In this document: positions 1 through 14,036 of the stretch, piece by piece
Numbering within the stretch: position 1 is the stretch's first letter
Layout of the letters: every line of letters starts with the position of its first letter
Assembly: GCF_003704095.1 (NCBI RefSeq)
Contig: NW_020843878.1
Coordinates: 1-64,000 of the forward strand
Direction of reading: 5' to 3'
Source of the DNA: Pocillopora damicornis
Taxonomy: Eukaryota
Length of the DNA stretch: 64,000 bases
Translations under genes and position numbers: made by a program
The notes under the pieces: model-generated
Told to the model about the DNA's origin: nothing
Databases searched by the model: none
Seen by the model: the letters and a program-made list of their open reading frames with translations, nothing else

Positions 1-731
1 AGTTATTAGACGTCCATAGTAAACAAGATAAATATGAAGAGGGCAACTCTTTCGTGACAGTTTACATAAGGATGTAGATATGATAACAATTTCAAATCAC
101 GCTTCACATACCTTGAAGTGGCAAAATATAATTTTATGTAATTATATTTGCTTTTGAATTGGTTTGGTAAATGTTTCAACATCTCTTTCTCAGTTAGAGG
201 GCTCACGAACAATCTGAATATTTACTTATAAGTTTGATGAAAAGCACTGCACATAATACAACAAAAATAACACATCAATTAAAAAGCGTATTATTAACTA
301 CGCTTCGGCATTAATATGGTGAACGCGTTTTGCTATCCTTTTCAATCATTACACATGATAGAACTTTAGTCAAGAATAGCCATTAACTCCTTTTTAAGGG
401 AAAATATACTGTGCCAGCCACATTGGCTTATTGTTTGGCCGTTAGACGGCCCTTGTACGGCTGAAACCAAGTTGGTTTTCGATTTTCTGCTTTGCCGTTT
501 GATTATTTAATTCGATGTTTTTTTGTTTTTGTTTGTTTGTTTTTTTGCATAAAAATCAGGAATTCGCCGCCCCTGTTCGCATCCAGATAATGAACAGAAC
601 ATCCCACATCTGAGCTTCTTTTCGTTGAAGGTTTTTGAACAATACAGAAGCTAACAAGTCGCTTTAGTACGCGGAATCCGTGTTAAATAAGATTATGGTA
701 ATGTTTAGTCTGTCCCGTACTGCATCAAAGT

Positions 732-789
732 GAATTGACGCCATACTGACGCCGAATTGACGCCATACTGACGCCGAATTGACGTCATA
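732..789. repeat. 22-bp tandem repeat (about 2.6 copies) with TGACG every 11 bp, ending in a full CRE TGACGTCA
   Basis: gaattgacgccatactgacgcc at 732-753 and 754-775, partial at 776-789; TGACG at 736, 747, 758, 769, 780. Confidence 0.85.
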
Positions 790-2649
790 GTCGAGAGATT
801 TGTCAAAGAATGCACGACAGGAGTTGTTTATAAGACGTCCCGAGTGTCTTCCTTCCTCTCGGAAGCGGAAAGAGAGAGAAAGACTGGGGACAAACTTGAA
901 AATCAGCCTTAAAAAAAACTGTAATGTAAACTGAAAAGCACCTGCTAACGCAGTCTTTATCATTTATATATTTGAAAGTTTGTGTTTTGTTTACACCTAG
1001 CTGTACGGAGACGGAGAGGAAGCAGACTTAGCCTTCCCTGCATACTGACGACTGGCTGAGCCAACAACCTGAGACTATAAAGGGAAAAGATCCTTTTTGA
1101 GACCACACCTGAGTTTGTTCGGCTAAACACACAAACATGACGAAGAGATGTTACTTGCAAAAATAATGGTACTAATATTTTGGATGCAGTTGGACAGAGA
1201 TTTTAGCCACTGAGTTTGAAATGATTTCTTCTGACAGAATTGCTGCAGGAAGTTGAAATAATTTCGCTGATGGTGAAAATTAGCGTTGTCCATTATTTAT
1301 ACCAAATATCATGGTATTACTTTTCAAAAGACAGAAACAACTTGTAAACACAACAAAAACATTTCTGCTTCGGTCGGGGTGCATGTACATTAGTTTGTTT
1401 AATTTCCTGAATTATTTGGTCACTGAAAGCTCATCTATTAATATACTTACTGTGTAAGTGAAGTAATATCTATTGGTAAGAGTTGTGATACAACATTGCC
1501 ATACTTCGTTGGTTAACTTTTTTAAAGGGAAATAAAAAAAAAACGCGAATGAAAGTTTAAAAAAATCATAATGAAAAAAGCTGAAGGAGAAGCATCATTT
1601 TGTTTGTACCATCAAAGAAGCAAAGGAGAAAATATTGGTTAAAAAGCAAATATCAGTGGCCTATTTTGAAAAGGTGCCGGCGTATATAAGATCAAAGAGT
1701 CTGTAATTATCGTGATCTGCACCAACTGTCTCAGAGCTGGCAATACATTTTAAAAAGTACATTTCTTAAAATTCTGTATTCTTTCAAGGAGAAATTACAA
1801 CTTATAAACTATTGTGTGCAACTCAGGCAACCGTGAACACTTTGATTTGACTCTGAAAGGTCAATTATACATTGGTCAGTCAAATTGACGTTTAGCACAA
1901 TTAATTATCGCTGCTGTTCGCGCTTTAGTTTTCTGAAATCTAATTGACATTGCTTTTCAAACAAAAAAAAAACCTCAAAAACCTTCTATGAATATTTCTG
2001 GTGTATTTAACTTTCTGAGTTTCACAGTAACTGATATCTGAAAATTGATTTATTATACCATTTTTACTGAACATCAGGTAGATGTAAAACGTCAATGCCA
2101 TTCTTCTCCGAATTAGCCTTCAGATCTTTTCATGCCATAACGTAGAAAAATCTGGATAATACACCTCGCTTTTCGATTGGTAACTAATCAAAGATGCAAC
2201 ATGGACAACATATTCTCTGTCTAGTCAAAGCCTAGATCCGAAAAAAAATTGATAAATCTCTGAGAGCACAAGCCCCTGCTTTTCAAGATACTTTTATCGA
2301 AAAGAAATTCGAATTCCTTGAATTCTTTTAACGTCCAAGCCAAAACCGCTATTAATAGCGGAGTCACTCCTCGTGCTAGTTTTCGTCGGATGAAAGTAGT
2401 GACTCCAACCTTACGCAACTTTTACTACCGAGGAATAAATTGCATTTACATAAGTAAAGGCTTGAGAGGCAGACAACACTCCAACCATAGAACTGTGAGC
2501 ACGAGGAGGGTTTTGAAAACGCGAAAGAATGTGTCTTCTTTACAAATCGCATTTCAGGTGACGGAAACCGTGCAGCCAACCATAATTCTGTAATGTGAAA
2601 TTGGACTTCATCTCACGCTCTTCCTGCTAATGGAAAAATGGAAAGAGTT

Positions 2650-3120
2650 TACCACAATTTCTTCTCTTTTTTCTGCAACCCCTTGAAGTTCAGTATCACA
2701 GATCATTGCACTTGCAAAACAGGAAGACCATTATTTTAATTCCGCTCCTAATCAGATGACTGGTGGAGTCCTCAAGCAACTGAGGTCTTCCTCGTATTAA
2801 GTTGATTTCCACATATAATGAATCAAGTTATCTAAGACATTCTTTTAGAAAACTTAGCTTTAACCGACTTTTGTTCAACTAATCAAAAATCAACCATTAT
2901 ATCTTTTTTTTTTCCGCAACCCTTTGACGTTCAGGATTTGCAGATCATTGCACTTGCAAAACAGGAAGACCATTCTTTTAATTCCGCTCCTAGCAAGACG
3001 AGTCATGGAGTCCCCAAGTAACTGAAGTCTTGCTCGTAATAAGATGATTTCAGTATAATGAGTAAAGTTATCAAGGGTATACTTATAGAAAACTCAGCTG
3101 GAACCGATTTTTTTTTCACC
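2650..3120. repeat. Diverged tandem duplication of about 240 bp
   Basis: cagatcattgcacttgcaaaacaggaagaccatt occurs near 2699 and 2941 with colinear flanks. Confidence 0.85.
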
Positions 3121-3603
3121 TCCTTTCGAGGGTGTTCCTTTGCCTTCGGAGAACAACAAAAGAATCTGAAAATTGTGACATAGGATTATTTAGTCAAAGG
3201 AAAATTACTTGTATCCCTGAAAGAAACCGTTCATTTGAGTGACATGTTTATTGAATCACACAACGGCTTGGATACATTGACTTTTATATAAGCAAACATA
3301 TGGTTAAATTGATTATTTTCTCAGTCTAAGGTCTGGCTAAGGAGTCAAGAAAGAGAAAATCACTAACAGTTTAAATGATTACATATTTTCTTTTTTTTTT
3401 AACACTCAGGAAACAAATAACCATATAATGATAAATGATAATTCTTAAGCCCCACAAATATATCATTAAAACAAACCGACGATTTAAAAGCCCACGACTT
3501 GATTTACAGAATAATCTATAACTACTGTGACTAGTGAAGTCGGAATATATATTGCACATCAACAACCAAATTGGACCTTTTAAGCGAGCGTTAACTATTG
3601 CGA

Positions 3604-4491
3604 CTAATCAATAACTGAACGAAAAAATACCAAGATCATGAACACTTCGAGAACAGTGAGTTTCATGAAGACAGATTTTCCACCACTTGTCGTCACGGTC
3701 CTTCCACATACACCAACTTCGCAGATTTCCAAGCTCGTACGGCGTCCGTTGCTAAACTTCTCCGCTGCTTGAATGTACTCAGGGAACGAGCATCCGCAAC
3801 GAAAACCGGTGGGAGCATTGACATCATCCACACTAGTGTTGTTGGTGAAGGCGCAAAAGGAAAACCCTGGGGGTATTACGAGAAACTGTCGGGACTAGTA
3901 GGTGACGATTTTTGCTTTGGTGATGGAATGCGAGACTGCGCCTTGTACTTCAGAAGAACCTTTTGCTGTCAGCGGACCGGCCTTCTTTTCTACCTCTGCT
4001 CTCAGAGTCCCAGTGACTGATAATGTCGTAGTCTTCTGATCCACATGAGAAGTTGACTTCTTCAACTCGGAGACACAAGCACTGGAGTTTGCTCCATTAA
4101 ATTTAGGACAGAACTCGGTGGTTTCTGGAACATCGCATCGTAATCCAGCTTTCGTTGGCCCTGAGAGGTCAGGGCAGTCGTAAACGCTCCATCGGACTGT
4201 TCCGTCGCTCTGGTAGGTGATTCGAAGCTGATTGGCAGGGGTGTCCCATGCAGTACGTTCTTCTGATGACCCGCATAACCATCTGATTTCTCTTTGCCTG
4301 CCTGGAAGTTTAATTCTCTTTTCCATACCTTTGTGTACCTCTTGCTCCAGGATTTTGATATAATTGGCACTGTGGCACTTGTCGGAGGTGTTTTCAACCA
4401 AGGTACATTCCGATTGAGCCAACACAGAATTATCTTTTAGACTGAAACAGGCTACTGCTGTCAATATTACAACAGCAAGTTTGTAGTCCAT
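3604..4491 (-). pseudogene. Single-exon secreted Cys-rich protein with an aerolysin/ETX-MTX2-like beta-hairpin and GPI-like tail, interrupted by an in-frame TAG at 3895-3897
   Basis: ORFs 3895-4491 and 3604-3831 share one frame; reading through gives signal peptide MDYKLAVVILTAVACFSL..., TTTLSVTGTLRAEV...SEVQGAVSHSITKAKIVTY*SRQFLVIPPG, and the tail SGGKSVFMKLTVLEVFMILVFF. Confidence 0.7.
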
Positions 4492-4607
4492 ATTTGCACA
4501 GTCAGTTGGGAAATTTCAGTGGTGAAGTCGGATCAACACGAGAGGCGTTTTCGTCTGCTATCAGGGCTATGAATTGTGGTAACAAGTTCATGTGATAACG
4601 TTATTTT

Positions 4608-4727
4608 GGTTGTGTCCTCGTGTACCGGTACACAAAGGAACGAAACATTAACGAACTACATCACAACTCCATGTATGGATATTAAAACAATAGGAATTCC
4701 CCCGTGTACCGGTACACTAGGACAGCC
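4608..4727. mobile_element. Small MITE-like inverted repeat
   Basis: tgtcctcgtgtaccggtacac ... gtgtaccggtacactaggaca. Confidence 0.5.
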
Positions 4728-6009
4728 CCGTTATTTTATCGAGCAGACCTCGAGCTGAGCCAATATTTAATTTCCGTTTTTTGTTTTGGGCTTCATTATT
4801 GAAAGCTGTTGATGCACGTTAAAAAATTCGGACAATGAAGTAAATTAAGGGTTATGACATACCGCAACAAGTGGCCATGAGAATTTTGTGTGTGTCTCCG
4901 TCATTGTTTGTGAAATTGTTTTCCGACGAAAGATCCCTTACTCTCGTTATTTTGTCGAAAATGGATAAACCTACTTTCAACACGAGTTTGTTTGCTCCGT
5001 CAACAGAGAGGTGATATATTTTGTTGGAAAATTTTGGCCTCAGGAGGGAGAGCATTATGCTTATTCAGGTCTAGATTTGGCAGTGCATGGAGTAACAACA
5101 GCAAATTAATTTTATTGCTGTGGGCGTCTTCAGGTGTCAGTTTTTTATCAATCCATTTTGCGTACAAGCGTACAAGTCTTTTCTAATTGACACAGCTGTT
5201 TAGCCAGTTATGTTGAATATTAGCAGTATATCGAAGAAGGGATACGTTCAATTAAGCCTGAATTGCTTCTTCCCTTCAACTAAAAGAAAACAGGAATATT
5301 ATGCTAAAAAATTTTCATCAAACAAACGACAATAAGTTTTTTCGCAAACCGTGCAGGTTTTCATGCATGTAGAAGTACGGCCGATGAAAGAGATAATCAG
5401 GATCATTGTTAGAGAGGTGAGGTGATACCTTTTCCTTTCCTTCTATTCTGTTGTTGAAATTTCGATGGGAATAAACTTTCAGGCTAACAGAGCCATCGTG
5501 TTTCATTTGAAACGATTGGCACCTTCTTATCACTTTTATCTACAATACATTCGCTTCTACTTTGTGAGTTCCTTTCTCTCAATGATATTGGCACCGCTTG
5601 ATGACCATGATCATATATCTGAATGATATCTAGCATATCTCAATTTTACAGCTAACCGAAAGAGCCTTTGTCAAATGGTGTTCGGTGATCTCCTAGAAGC
5701 AATGGCTCAGTACAACGGGTAACAGAAACAAGCTAAGCCGGGAGAGACTAAGTCCCACCCAATGACTCTCACTGAGAGTCATATAGAAGGCCTTAGCAGT
5801 GTCATCCATCAACCGTCAAACTTCCCAAGTAAATTTAATCTACTGTTAAAAAAGATTATTAATTGCGAACCTGCTTTTAAAAGTCCTCCTTATCATTAAC
5901 CGTTTCCCATAATATGCTCTGAGGCGAAAGAATCAGGATTGCCAAGATCTTGGGCTCTAAATTTAGATTTCAGCCCAGCATATATTCTTTAGATGTTGGA
6001 GACATAATA

Positions 6010-6770
6010 CATGCACCCCAGCAGATATAGGAGTTGTATTCAACAAATATCAGCATGACAAATCATGTCGATGCCATCTGTAAGTCCTCTTTTTATCAAC
6101 CTAAGTGCATAGCTAAAATCGGCAAGTTCATAACTCCGGAGTTTGACAAAATCCTCATTCCTGCATTAGCTATCTCCAAGCTTGATCACTGTAACGCTCT
6201 GTTGTATGGTGTCAACAAAAAGATAACTACAGAAGTATACAGTATGTTCAGAATTCTGCGGCGCGGTTAATAGCATATACCAGGAAATGTAACCAAGGCA
6301 TATTATACCAGCTCTAAAATAACTTCACTTGCAGTGTGCTATGCATAAAATTGTGTCTTATTTTTTATAGTGTTAAATAATCATGCAGGCACTCAGCTAC
6401 ATTTCAAGTATGATAAATTACTACAGGCCTACTATAGACGACTTAGCATCTTCTGCCAACCGTCTCCAAGTAGCAAAATCCTAGACTGAAACTTATGGGG
6501 ACAGAGCTTTTAGTGTAGCTGCTCTGTTTATATGAATCTTTTTTTTTTCTTATTTTAAAACCTTTTTTTTAAGTGATTTAGTGTTATCAACTGAGTTCAA
6601 AACGTAAATTAGAAAGTTCCCGGAGCTTTTGTTTTTTAATTTTAACTGTTGAGATCTTCAAAGTTTGTAATATTGCAGTAATTAGGTTAGATAGCTTTCT
6701 CTTGCACGACGTAAGGCGCTTAAAGGCTCTACATAAACGTTATATGAATTGTATATATTATTATCATTCA
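6010..6770 (+). mobile_element. Degraded, 5'-truncated L2/CR1-clade LINE (ORF2 C-terminal region)
   Basis: SMTNHVDAICKSSFYQ...ALAISKLDHCNALLYG matches the L2 post-RT pattern; downstream acttatggggacagagcttttagtgtagctgct (TYGDRAFSVAA); frameshifts and stops. Confidence 0.8.
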
Positions 6771-7624
6771 AAGCTGATTCTTTTTTTTTTTAATGTTTGA
6801 CAAGCTTGAACTAACCAGAGTATTTTTATAATATTATTTCATTGTTCTTTCCTCTACCTGTTTTTTTTGTTTTTTTTTTTTTTATTCACTCCAAATAATA
6901 CTCGTTGACTGCTGGTTTTCAAACAGCCCCAGATTGCGCCATTAAATACTAAAAATCCAAGCTTTCCTGTGTTACTCCAGTTGTCCATCGACCCACTTAT
7001 ATCTTTAATAATGTACGCGAAAAAATTACGCGCTCCTGCTTGGCTGAAAACGAGTGCGTTCTCATGTAAAGCGAGTTCAAAGTTGTGACACGAGTACAAA
7101 TTACGCTAAGCACTCTCTAGTAAGGGTCCCGTGGCAAATAAAATCATCTCAGAATTAAGAAACAAATCAAGACAAGTGTAAGCATATTTAAAAACATTTA
7201 TAATAAAAATGGAATTGATAAATAAATATATAATCTATTATAATATAGAATGCTTACAAAATATTTCCGATAATATGGTAAAATTCTTTGTTGTTCTAAT
7301 GATCTTGACTTGATTGTTGGTAATTTCTTAAAAATAAATATATGCCAATGAATTACAAGGCATTTTTAATAAATATCCAGCAGAAAAATACACTTTTTAT
7401 TGTTTTTCTTATTGCTTTTTTTTGATATATTGCCTGCTTTTGCCACAATGAATGTGAATTCTAACAAATATAATCAGCTTTTACAAAAAGCGGTATTTGA
7501 AAATACTCTAAGAAGAGCTCTGACTTAAAAATTAATCTTATGAGTTAACTTATCCAATGCTGAGCTGTTACAAACTCTACTTTATAAATCACTGATACAG
7601 TGTACATGAACAAACTCTTTTCAG

Positions 7625-10606
7625 TCAGTTCACTTTGCATGTTTTACACGCGCGCTTTCTTATGGCGGGCCGCAGGTAAATGAGACTAAGTTTGAACTCT
7701 CCCAATACTCCTAATATCCAGGCTTTCTGTCGATGAATAGAATCGCTCCAGATTTTTCTGTTTGGCTGTGGAACTTGAGGCAGAGAAGAATTTCCAGGGG
7801 ACTGGGAACTCAAACGGACCTGTAAACAAAAAGGAAAGGGACGTTAGAGGGAGAACTAATGCTAGTGGAGACTCAGAGGAAAAAGAAAACACCAGACTTT
7901 TTTTTAGGTGTATCGCTGTCACATTAACATATATAAAATATGCTTGCGTATAGAATATAGAGAATTTTCTGGATGACTAAATTGATAAAATAAAACAAAA
8001 TAAAAACTGCTCTCTTACCACTTTCTCCATGAGTTTTTTCAGGTGTTGAAGGCGTCCTTGAATGCCTCTGAGGTTATCTTTAATTTCTTTGTTTTCTCGT
8101 TGACTCTGGGACCAATTTTGTGTAATATCTTGGAAGACTGAGTGAAATATAGCCACTTGTTTGTATGCCTTCGATGCAAAAACGTGCAACTGAAAGTAAG
8201 AATATGAATACTCAAATTAGATGTCAGCTGCCACAATGAATAAAAACATCATGACACCAAGATCAGAGTGATTTCTCCTGCTCTGTTTACCCTTAAATTC
8301 CCAATAGTTCGCAGCATCTAATTTCTCCATCAATATCATCCCTGAAACAGCTCAGATCAACTTACCGGGAGCCTTTTGCGGTTATCCAGCAGCTCTACTC
8401 CTTTCATGGTTACTGGTCTTGCTTCCAGAGGATCGCCGAAGTATTTTTTAGCCTAAATAAAAAAGATACAGAGGTTTAAATTCAGAATGCTTTGCCTAAC
8501 TGTAGAATCTAGCTTCTTTAGTGCTCTCCAAACTTCCCAAGTGCATCCTAACTCGATATACGCTCAACCAAAGCAAGAACCAATTCTTTTACAACATAGA
8601 ACGCAGACGCAAGTTGTCCTCGAAAAAAAAGAGTTTATTACATCTGTACCGGGTTTACCAGGTAAACGTATTCTACCCGAAAACTATGAATAAACAACAA
8701 GACAAAAACGGTCGTGAAACATTTCGAGACCAAATCTTAATACAAAAAATTGTAAATTTTCTGTCCAGATGTGAAAAACGAACGAGTTTCTTGCATGCAC
8801 GCGATCACGTAGTAGATGCTTGAATCGTTGTTTACTAGAATTCACGGCCAGAAATTTGCGTAGGTTTGTGTCGAAATTTTTAAAAAATTCTGAAATTGTA
8901 CGGTTTAAAATTAAAATCTTCTACTGAACAATACTTTTAGGAAATATCAACACTTAAAAATAATACCAACCGTTCGAAAAACGAAGCGAAAAACTTAAAA
9001 ATCTCATCCATTTACGAGACTTGTCTGGTAGATTAACCCTACTTGAATTGTTGTTTACAAGAATTCACGACCAAAAATTGCGTAGCTTTGTTTTTTGTTT
9101 TAAAAATTCTGAAAATTTTTCGATTTCAGAACAAATTCTTATATTGAACAACATTTTTGGGACATATAAACACTTCAAAGCAATATTTACCGTTTCAATG
9201 AAGGGTCCCCAAAGTCGTAAAGCCTCAGTTGAAGTCAGTAAATTAATTTTTGTTTTCAGCCATAATTCGCATCGCGTTTTGGAATGAAGTATCGTCAACT
9301 CCAAAACTAACTTCGTCGCTTGAAAGAGCTACGTACTCATTGTTTTTCGAAAAGAGTATTATTTAGCAATTTTTTTTTCATTTTGAGCTCCAAAAGGGCT
9401 ATCTCAATCAGGATAGATCGGAAAAACTATCTCAAAATTTTTTAAACCTCCCGGTTAAACGCGAGGGGAACTTTTTTCGGCCGAAGTGAAACTTTATGTG
9501 TTATGATGGATGAATGGCCATGCAGTACCTAAGAATTTTTACTATGGTAGCTCCATAGAAAATTATGTTATAATTAACAAATCGACAGTGGTTTAGCGTG
9601 GTCTGTACTCCTTATCAACAACTATATTCGTCATCATTGGGGTCAAACTGTTGTGGACTCACGAGGCGCAGCCGACTGATGGCCGTGTCTTTTTGGTGTG
9701 TTTGGAAAGTGAAAGCTGAATTTAATTTCTGACTGGCTAATTGACAATTGCTTCTGCTATTAATAATATTCATACTAGCTTTTGAATAGGAAGTGAACGC
9801 CACTACTCGGTAATACCCTTCCAGGGAATTCTGTAGTCATGGTAAATTTACCTTAGAGGTTTTTTTTCTTCGCAAATCCTACCCCGCTCCTTATTACATT
9901 GTACTATACGTAACTCGTCCTAAAAAATAAAAAAAACTAAAACATTTATTTCTCTTTACTTACAAAAGCTCTTTTTGTTTCGTATGCCAAGTCATTCAGC
10001 TTTGGTTGTTGATATTCACAGAGATAGGCCATCCGCCTGAAGAACTCTTTGATTCGGTCACGTAGTACTTCTTTCCCAAGTGGAGCACCAACAGAATAAC
10101 GAGTAACTCCAACCAACAAAATTAAAAGGAATGAAACGCCTGAAAATTAAAGAAGAATATGAGAAATTCTGTAAACAATAACCAAGAAAAAAACACAGAT
10201 ATGTCTTTCTTATAAGTACTTCAAAGAATAAGGAAATGTGGATAAAATAACAAGATCAGTTTGGGCCGGTAAATCTACGTAAATCACGTAAACGCGGGAG
10301 CGAAATGTCCTGTAATAAGATACGTGTTAGGAACTGATTCTCCTCAAATTGAAACTTGATATGCTCGATCGTCTTTCAGTATCAGTAAGTTAAACTAATT
10401 CACTTAACCTTTTCCATGAAACTTACTTCTCGTCTCAGTAAAGCGCTACCCATAAAAGGAAATGTAGTCATAGCGGCTTAAATTACTTCAGTTATTTCAC
10501 ATACGATACTCTTAAATTCACAACTTCAAACAGTTAGGGATAGTTTGACTGTAAAATATAAATTAAGATAGGGTAAACTGCAGGGAAACTTACTTGTTGC
10601 ACCCAT
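7625..10606 (-). CDS. Secreted long-chain four-helix-bundle cytokine-like protein 1 (IL-6/IL-11/LIF-like), 213 aa
   Basis: Exons 10606-10594, 10139-9964, 8452-8366, 8189-8019, 7819-7625, all GT-AG, phases 1,0,0,0, open frame: MGATSVSFLLILLVGVTRYSVG-APLGKEVLRDRIKEFFRRMAYLCEYQQPKLNDLAYETKRAF/AKKYFGDPLEARPVTMKGVELLDNRKRLP/LHVFASKAYKQVAIFHSVFQDITQNWSQSQRENKEIKDNLRGIQGRLQHLKKLMEKV/VRLSSQSPGNSSLPQVPQPNRKIWSDSIHRQKAWILGVLGEFKLSLIYLRPAIRKRACKTCKVN. Gene model strong; fold is inference. Confidence 0.8.
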
Positions 10607-13600
10607 GTCAACGACGAAGCAGTTTTCTTCAGCGAAATTCGATGTACCAGTCAATAATCGCAAGGATCAAATTTCAGTGAAAACGCAGATTGGTAGTTTT
10701 ACTCTGAAGTGAGAAAACCCCATGTTGTGCGGCTGTTTTTATGGAACAACATATAACAAGAGGAAATCCTTTTTGAATGTCATGTTTCTAAATTTCAAAA
10801 TGGGTATTTTCCTCCTAAGCAAATCGGTACCTTCCGGAGCTCTTGATTATTGGGACTTTTCAACTCGAGTTCATCCAGTATGATGTGGTCCCATCGTCTT
10901 CCTTCCTAAAACTGCCTCTTGATCACTCTAGAGTTACGCATATAAGTAACTGCAGGCTTTACACACAGTTAAAAAATTTATTTCGGAATAAAACTTATTG
11001 AATTAAGAAGTTTAAAATTTACGATATGTTTAAGTTGTGAACTTCAAAAGGGGTTTTTTAGTTAACCGGAAATGAATGCTAATCTATCTTAACATACTTG
11101 AATTTCCCATAAACCGCAAAGGCTGAATGAAAATTGCCACTAATTTTACGGGTATCATTTGTAAAAAATAATACTTCACAAAGACTTCCGGACAAGAGGT
11201 TAAGACCAGTGAAAACTGGTACACACTGGCCATGGTAGCGTAGGCCTGATATGTTAATTGGTAGTAGACATAAACACAAGTATCTAGCAGGTCTCTAATA
11301 AGAGAGCTATTATTAGGCTGTTCAAAAAATTTGCATTCTGGTTAGACACTGTAAACATTGTAACAGCAGTGTTCTAAAATTAGCAAATGCGTCTGACAAA
11401 TAGAGCATGACTGTAGTAGATTCGGCGAAAGGTAACGCTGATACCCTGCACATTCACGTCCTTCCTGATTCGAAAAATTCTTATTAATTTCGCATTGCGC
11501 CATGTCCTGAACGTCACACAGAGATGAGCTTAAGGTCCTGTCTGGAAGTTTACCAAAGTATCTAAAACAAGCAACGATTCAGATGACTCATGTTTTTGAT
11601 TAGTGCTCCCGATGAATGCATCGACAATCTGAATATTTTGTAAAACGAGTGAAATAAGCCAAGTTGAATGAGAGTGTTTAAAAGATCGCCCTTCTTTTGC
11701 CCTATCTTTATAACAATTGAGCTGTGAAAATGGTTTACAATTATCTGAGAAAGCAATCTTCAAGAACAAGGTGACGTGACGAAAAGTAACAATGAACAAA
11801 GCTTGGCTGCAAATGCAAATTTGTTAACGAGAAAGTGAAGTCAACTGTGGCACTCGGCTCATTGTTTAGAATAACTAGTGGCCGGTTATTTACACAAGGT
11901 TTATCCGGCTAACCAATTGTTTTCTCAGAAAACAATTGGTCATCATGATGATATTGATTTTTGTGACTAGTAACAGAGGGCCTATTACTAATTCTGGTGA
12001 AAGCTATTTACGTGCTTCAAACAATCCACTTGTAAATACATTTTTAGATACATTGATGGACATATCTACCGGCTAAATGGGTTGGTTCTGGCTGCAAGAA
12101 TCTATTACGGCTGGTAAGTAACAAATAATAATGAAAAAAACTGATCGCAATTGGTGTTTTTTATTTTATTCATGAGACGTGAAAATGAGACTATAGCCAT
12201 AGTCAGAAACGCACATTTGTAAACACTTCACTTAATTTCTTCAATAAAAGTCATTTGTCGTCTGCAAAGCCTTATTTATTTATATCCATTGGTTTTCTAG
12301 CAGATACGCAGTAAACTAACACAAATATACAATGAGTTTGCAATAGAAAGACTTAAATTAAACCAAAACATGGCGTTGTAACGATGAAAGTATATTGCAA
12401 TAGCTGTGGACGTCCATTTCAGAACAAAGCATTGTGCAACAGAGCCTTATCGATTGATTCGATAAGTAAGGTACTCAAATGCAAATAACTGGCACAGTCA
12501 CAATCTTATTCATGACATGTTAGAGATCCTCATTTTATCTCATAAACGGACAGAGATTTTTAACTCAGGAAAATTGCGCGTTTCCCATTGTTTCAGCATT
12601 GACAAAAATTGATTGATGATTTCATGGTCTTCATTGAAGATGGCAGAGAATAATTGATCAATCCGTTCAATGATATCCTTCAGTATTGGTCCTAAGAGTT
12701 TCAACACTGACCACTTTGCAAAATAAACGAACTTAATTACGTCGCAACATGACCAACATCGTGGTTTAAACTTAAAAAAAAACGTGAATAAACCAAATTC
12801 AAAAAAATGGAAAAGCAAAATAAAGAGGCAAAACAGCAGAAGACTTCAAAGGATTACATTTTCTTTTTATCTTTATCTTAATTACTTCAAGAGTCTCATA
12901 AGATGCTTTTATTCAAATTATCCACTCACTGTGGGGCTTCTCTTGTGGGTTGAAATCCTTGTTGATTCTCTGTGATGCTTCAGCGGGTCATCATCGGGGT
13001 TCTCCTGTTGTCCGCCTTTCACAAAAACGCACAGTTCGAATTCCAATTTAGTAGAGAAAAACAGTAAACGAAGGGCAATCTCGTGGATGTCACAGTGATA
13101 TCGCCCGATTCGTTTCCACCAATTTAACTGGTTTTCTTTTAAATTGTTGTTTAGATTTGGAGCTCAAAATAAGTGTAAGATTCTGCGCAAGGTAAACAAT
13201 TTGGAGTCAAAATTAAAGCTATAAGGAAACTGCCTTAATGTACAAGGAGGCCTTGTTGGATTGAAATTATCGTCCGCTAAAATAGACAGACAGCGAGAAG
13301 GCGACATTAGACAGAAAGGAACGAGTATGTGTGAGAAGAGAAAAGATCGATACACTGTAACTGAACTGAAAGAAATTAAGCTAGGTTTCGACAGCGTGAC
13401 GGAACAAGTACAACGGTAAGTTTTGCCTTAAATCGTGTGAGGCGGTGTCTCAGCTAATACGGAACAGTTTAATGACGCAAGCAGCTGGTGACAGATGACA
13501 GACCGGGAAACAGACAGGACTCCCGAATTAAAGGATGTAAAGAGGTCAGTTCAATTTGCTCTTTTACCTGTCGTCTCATCTTGGGAAGGTGTAGATCTAA

Positions 13601-14036
13601 CTTTAGTATCAATTTAATTAAATACTCAGTTTTCGACCAATCAACGATACAGTCATAAGTGTTACAAAAATTCAAATTTATTCAAATTATCAAAACTAGA
13701 AATACGAAGTACAATCGCTAGAGCTCAAAAAATGTAGAATTGAATGAAATTTAATAAAATTTTCTCTCTAATGACTCTTAAGTCAAGTTGAAAAAATACT
13801 CTCTAAATTTATTTTAGTCCATACAAAAGTGATGGTTTTTTACTGTACCAATATTTAATAATAAATGGAAGATAAAAAGGCTTCCTAGCAAGGTGCAACT
13901 AGATATAGTCCAATGATGACAAGGTAATCCTATTTAATACAAACACGAGATGGATCTAAAGCAACGAGCACTGAGCTCTACATTATATGGTTCATTGATA
14001 CAATGTACGAACAAGCTAACTCTTGGATCAGATGAA

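Noticed and set aside
3895-3897. Programmed readthrough or selenocysteine
   Set aside because: The codon is TAG, not TGA, and has no CARYYA context; a nonsense change or sequencing error is simpler
11000-13700. A fourth cytokine-like gene between genes 1 and 2 (helical ORF 12540-12818, exon-like 12930-13016 and 13568-13580)
   Set aside because: I could not join the pieces in a consistent frame or find a signal peptide; possibly non-coding or a relic
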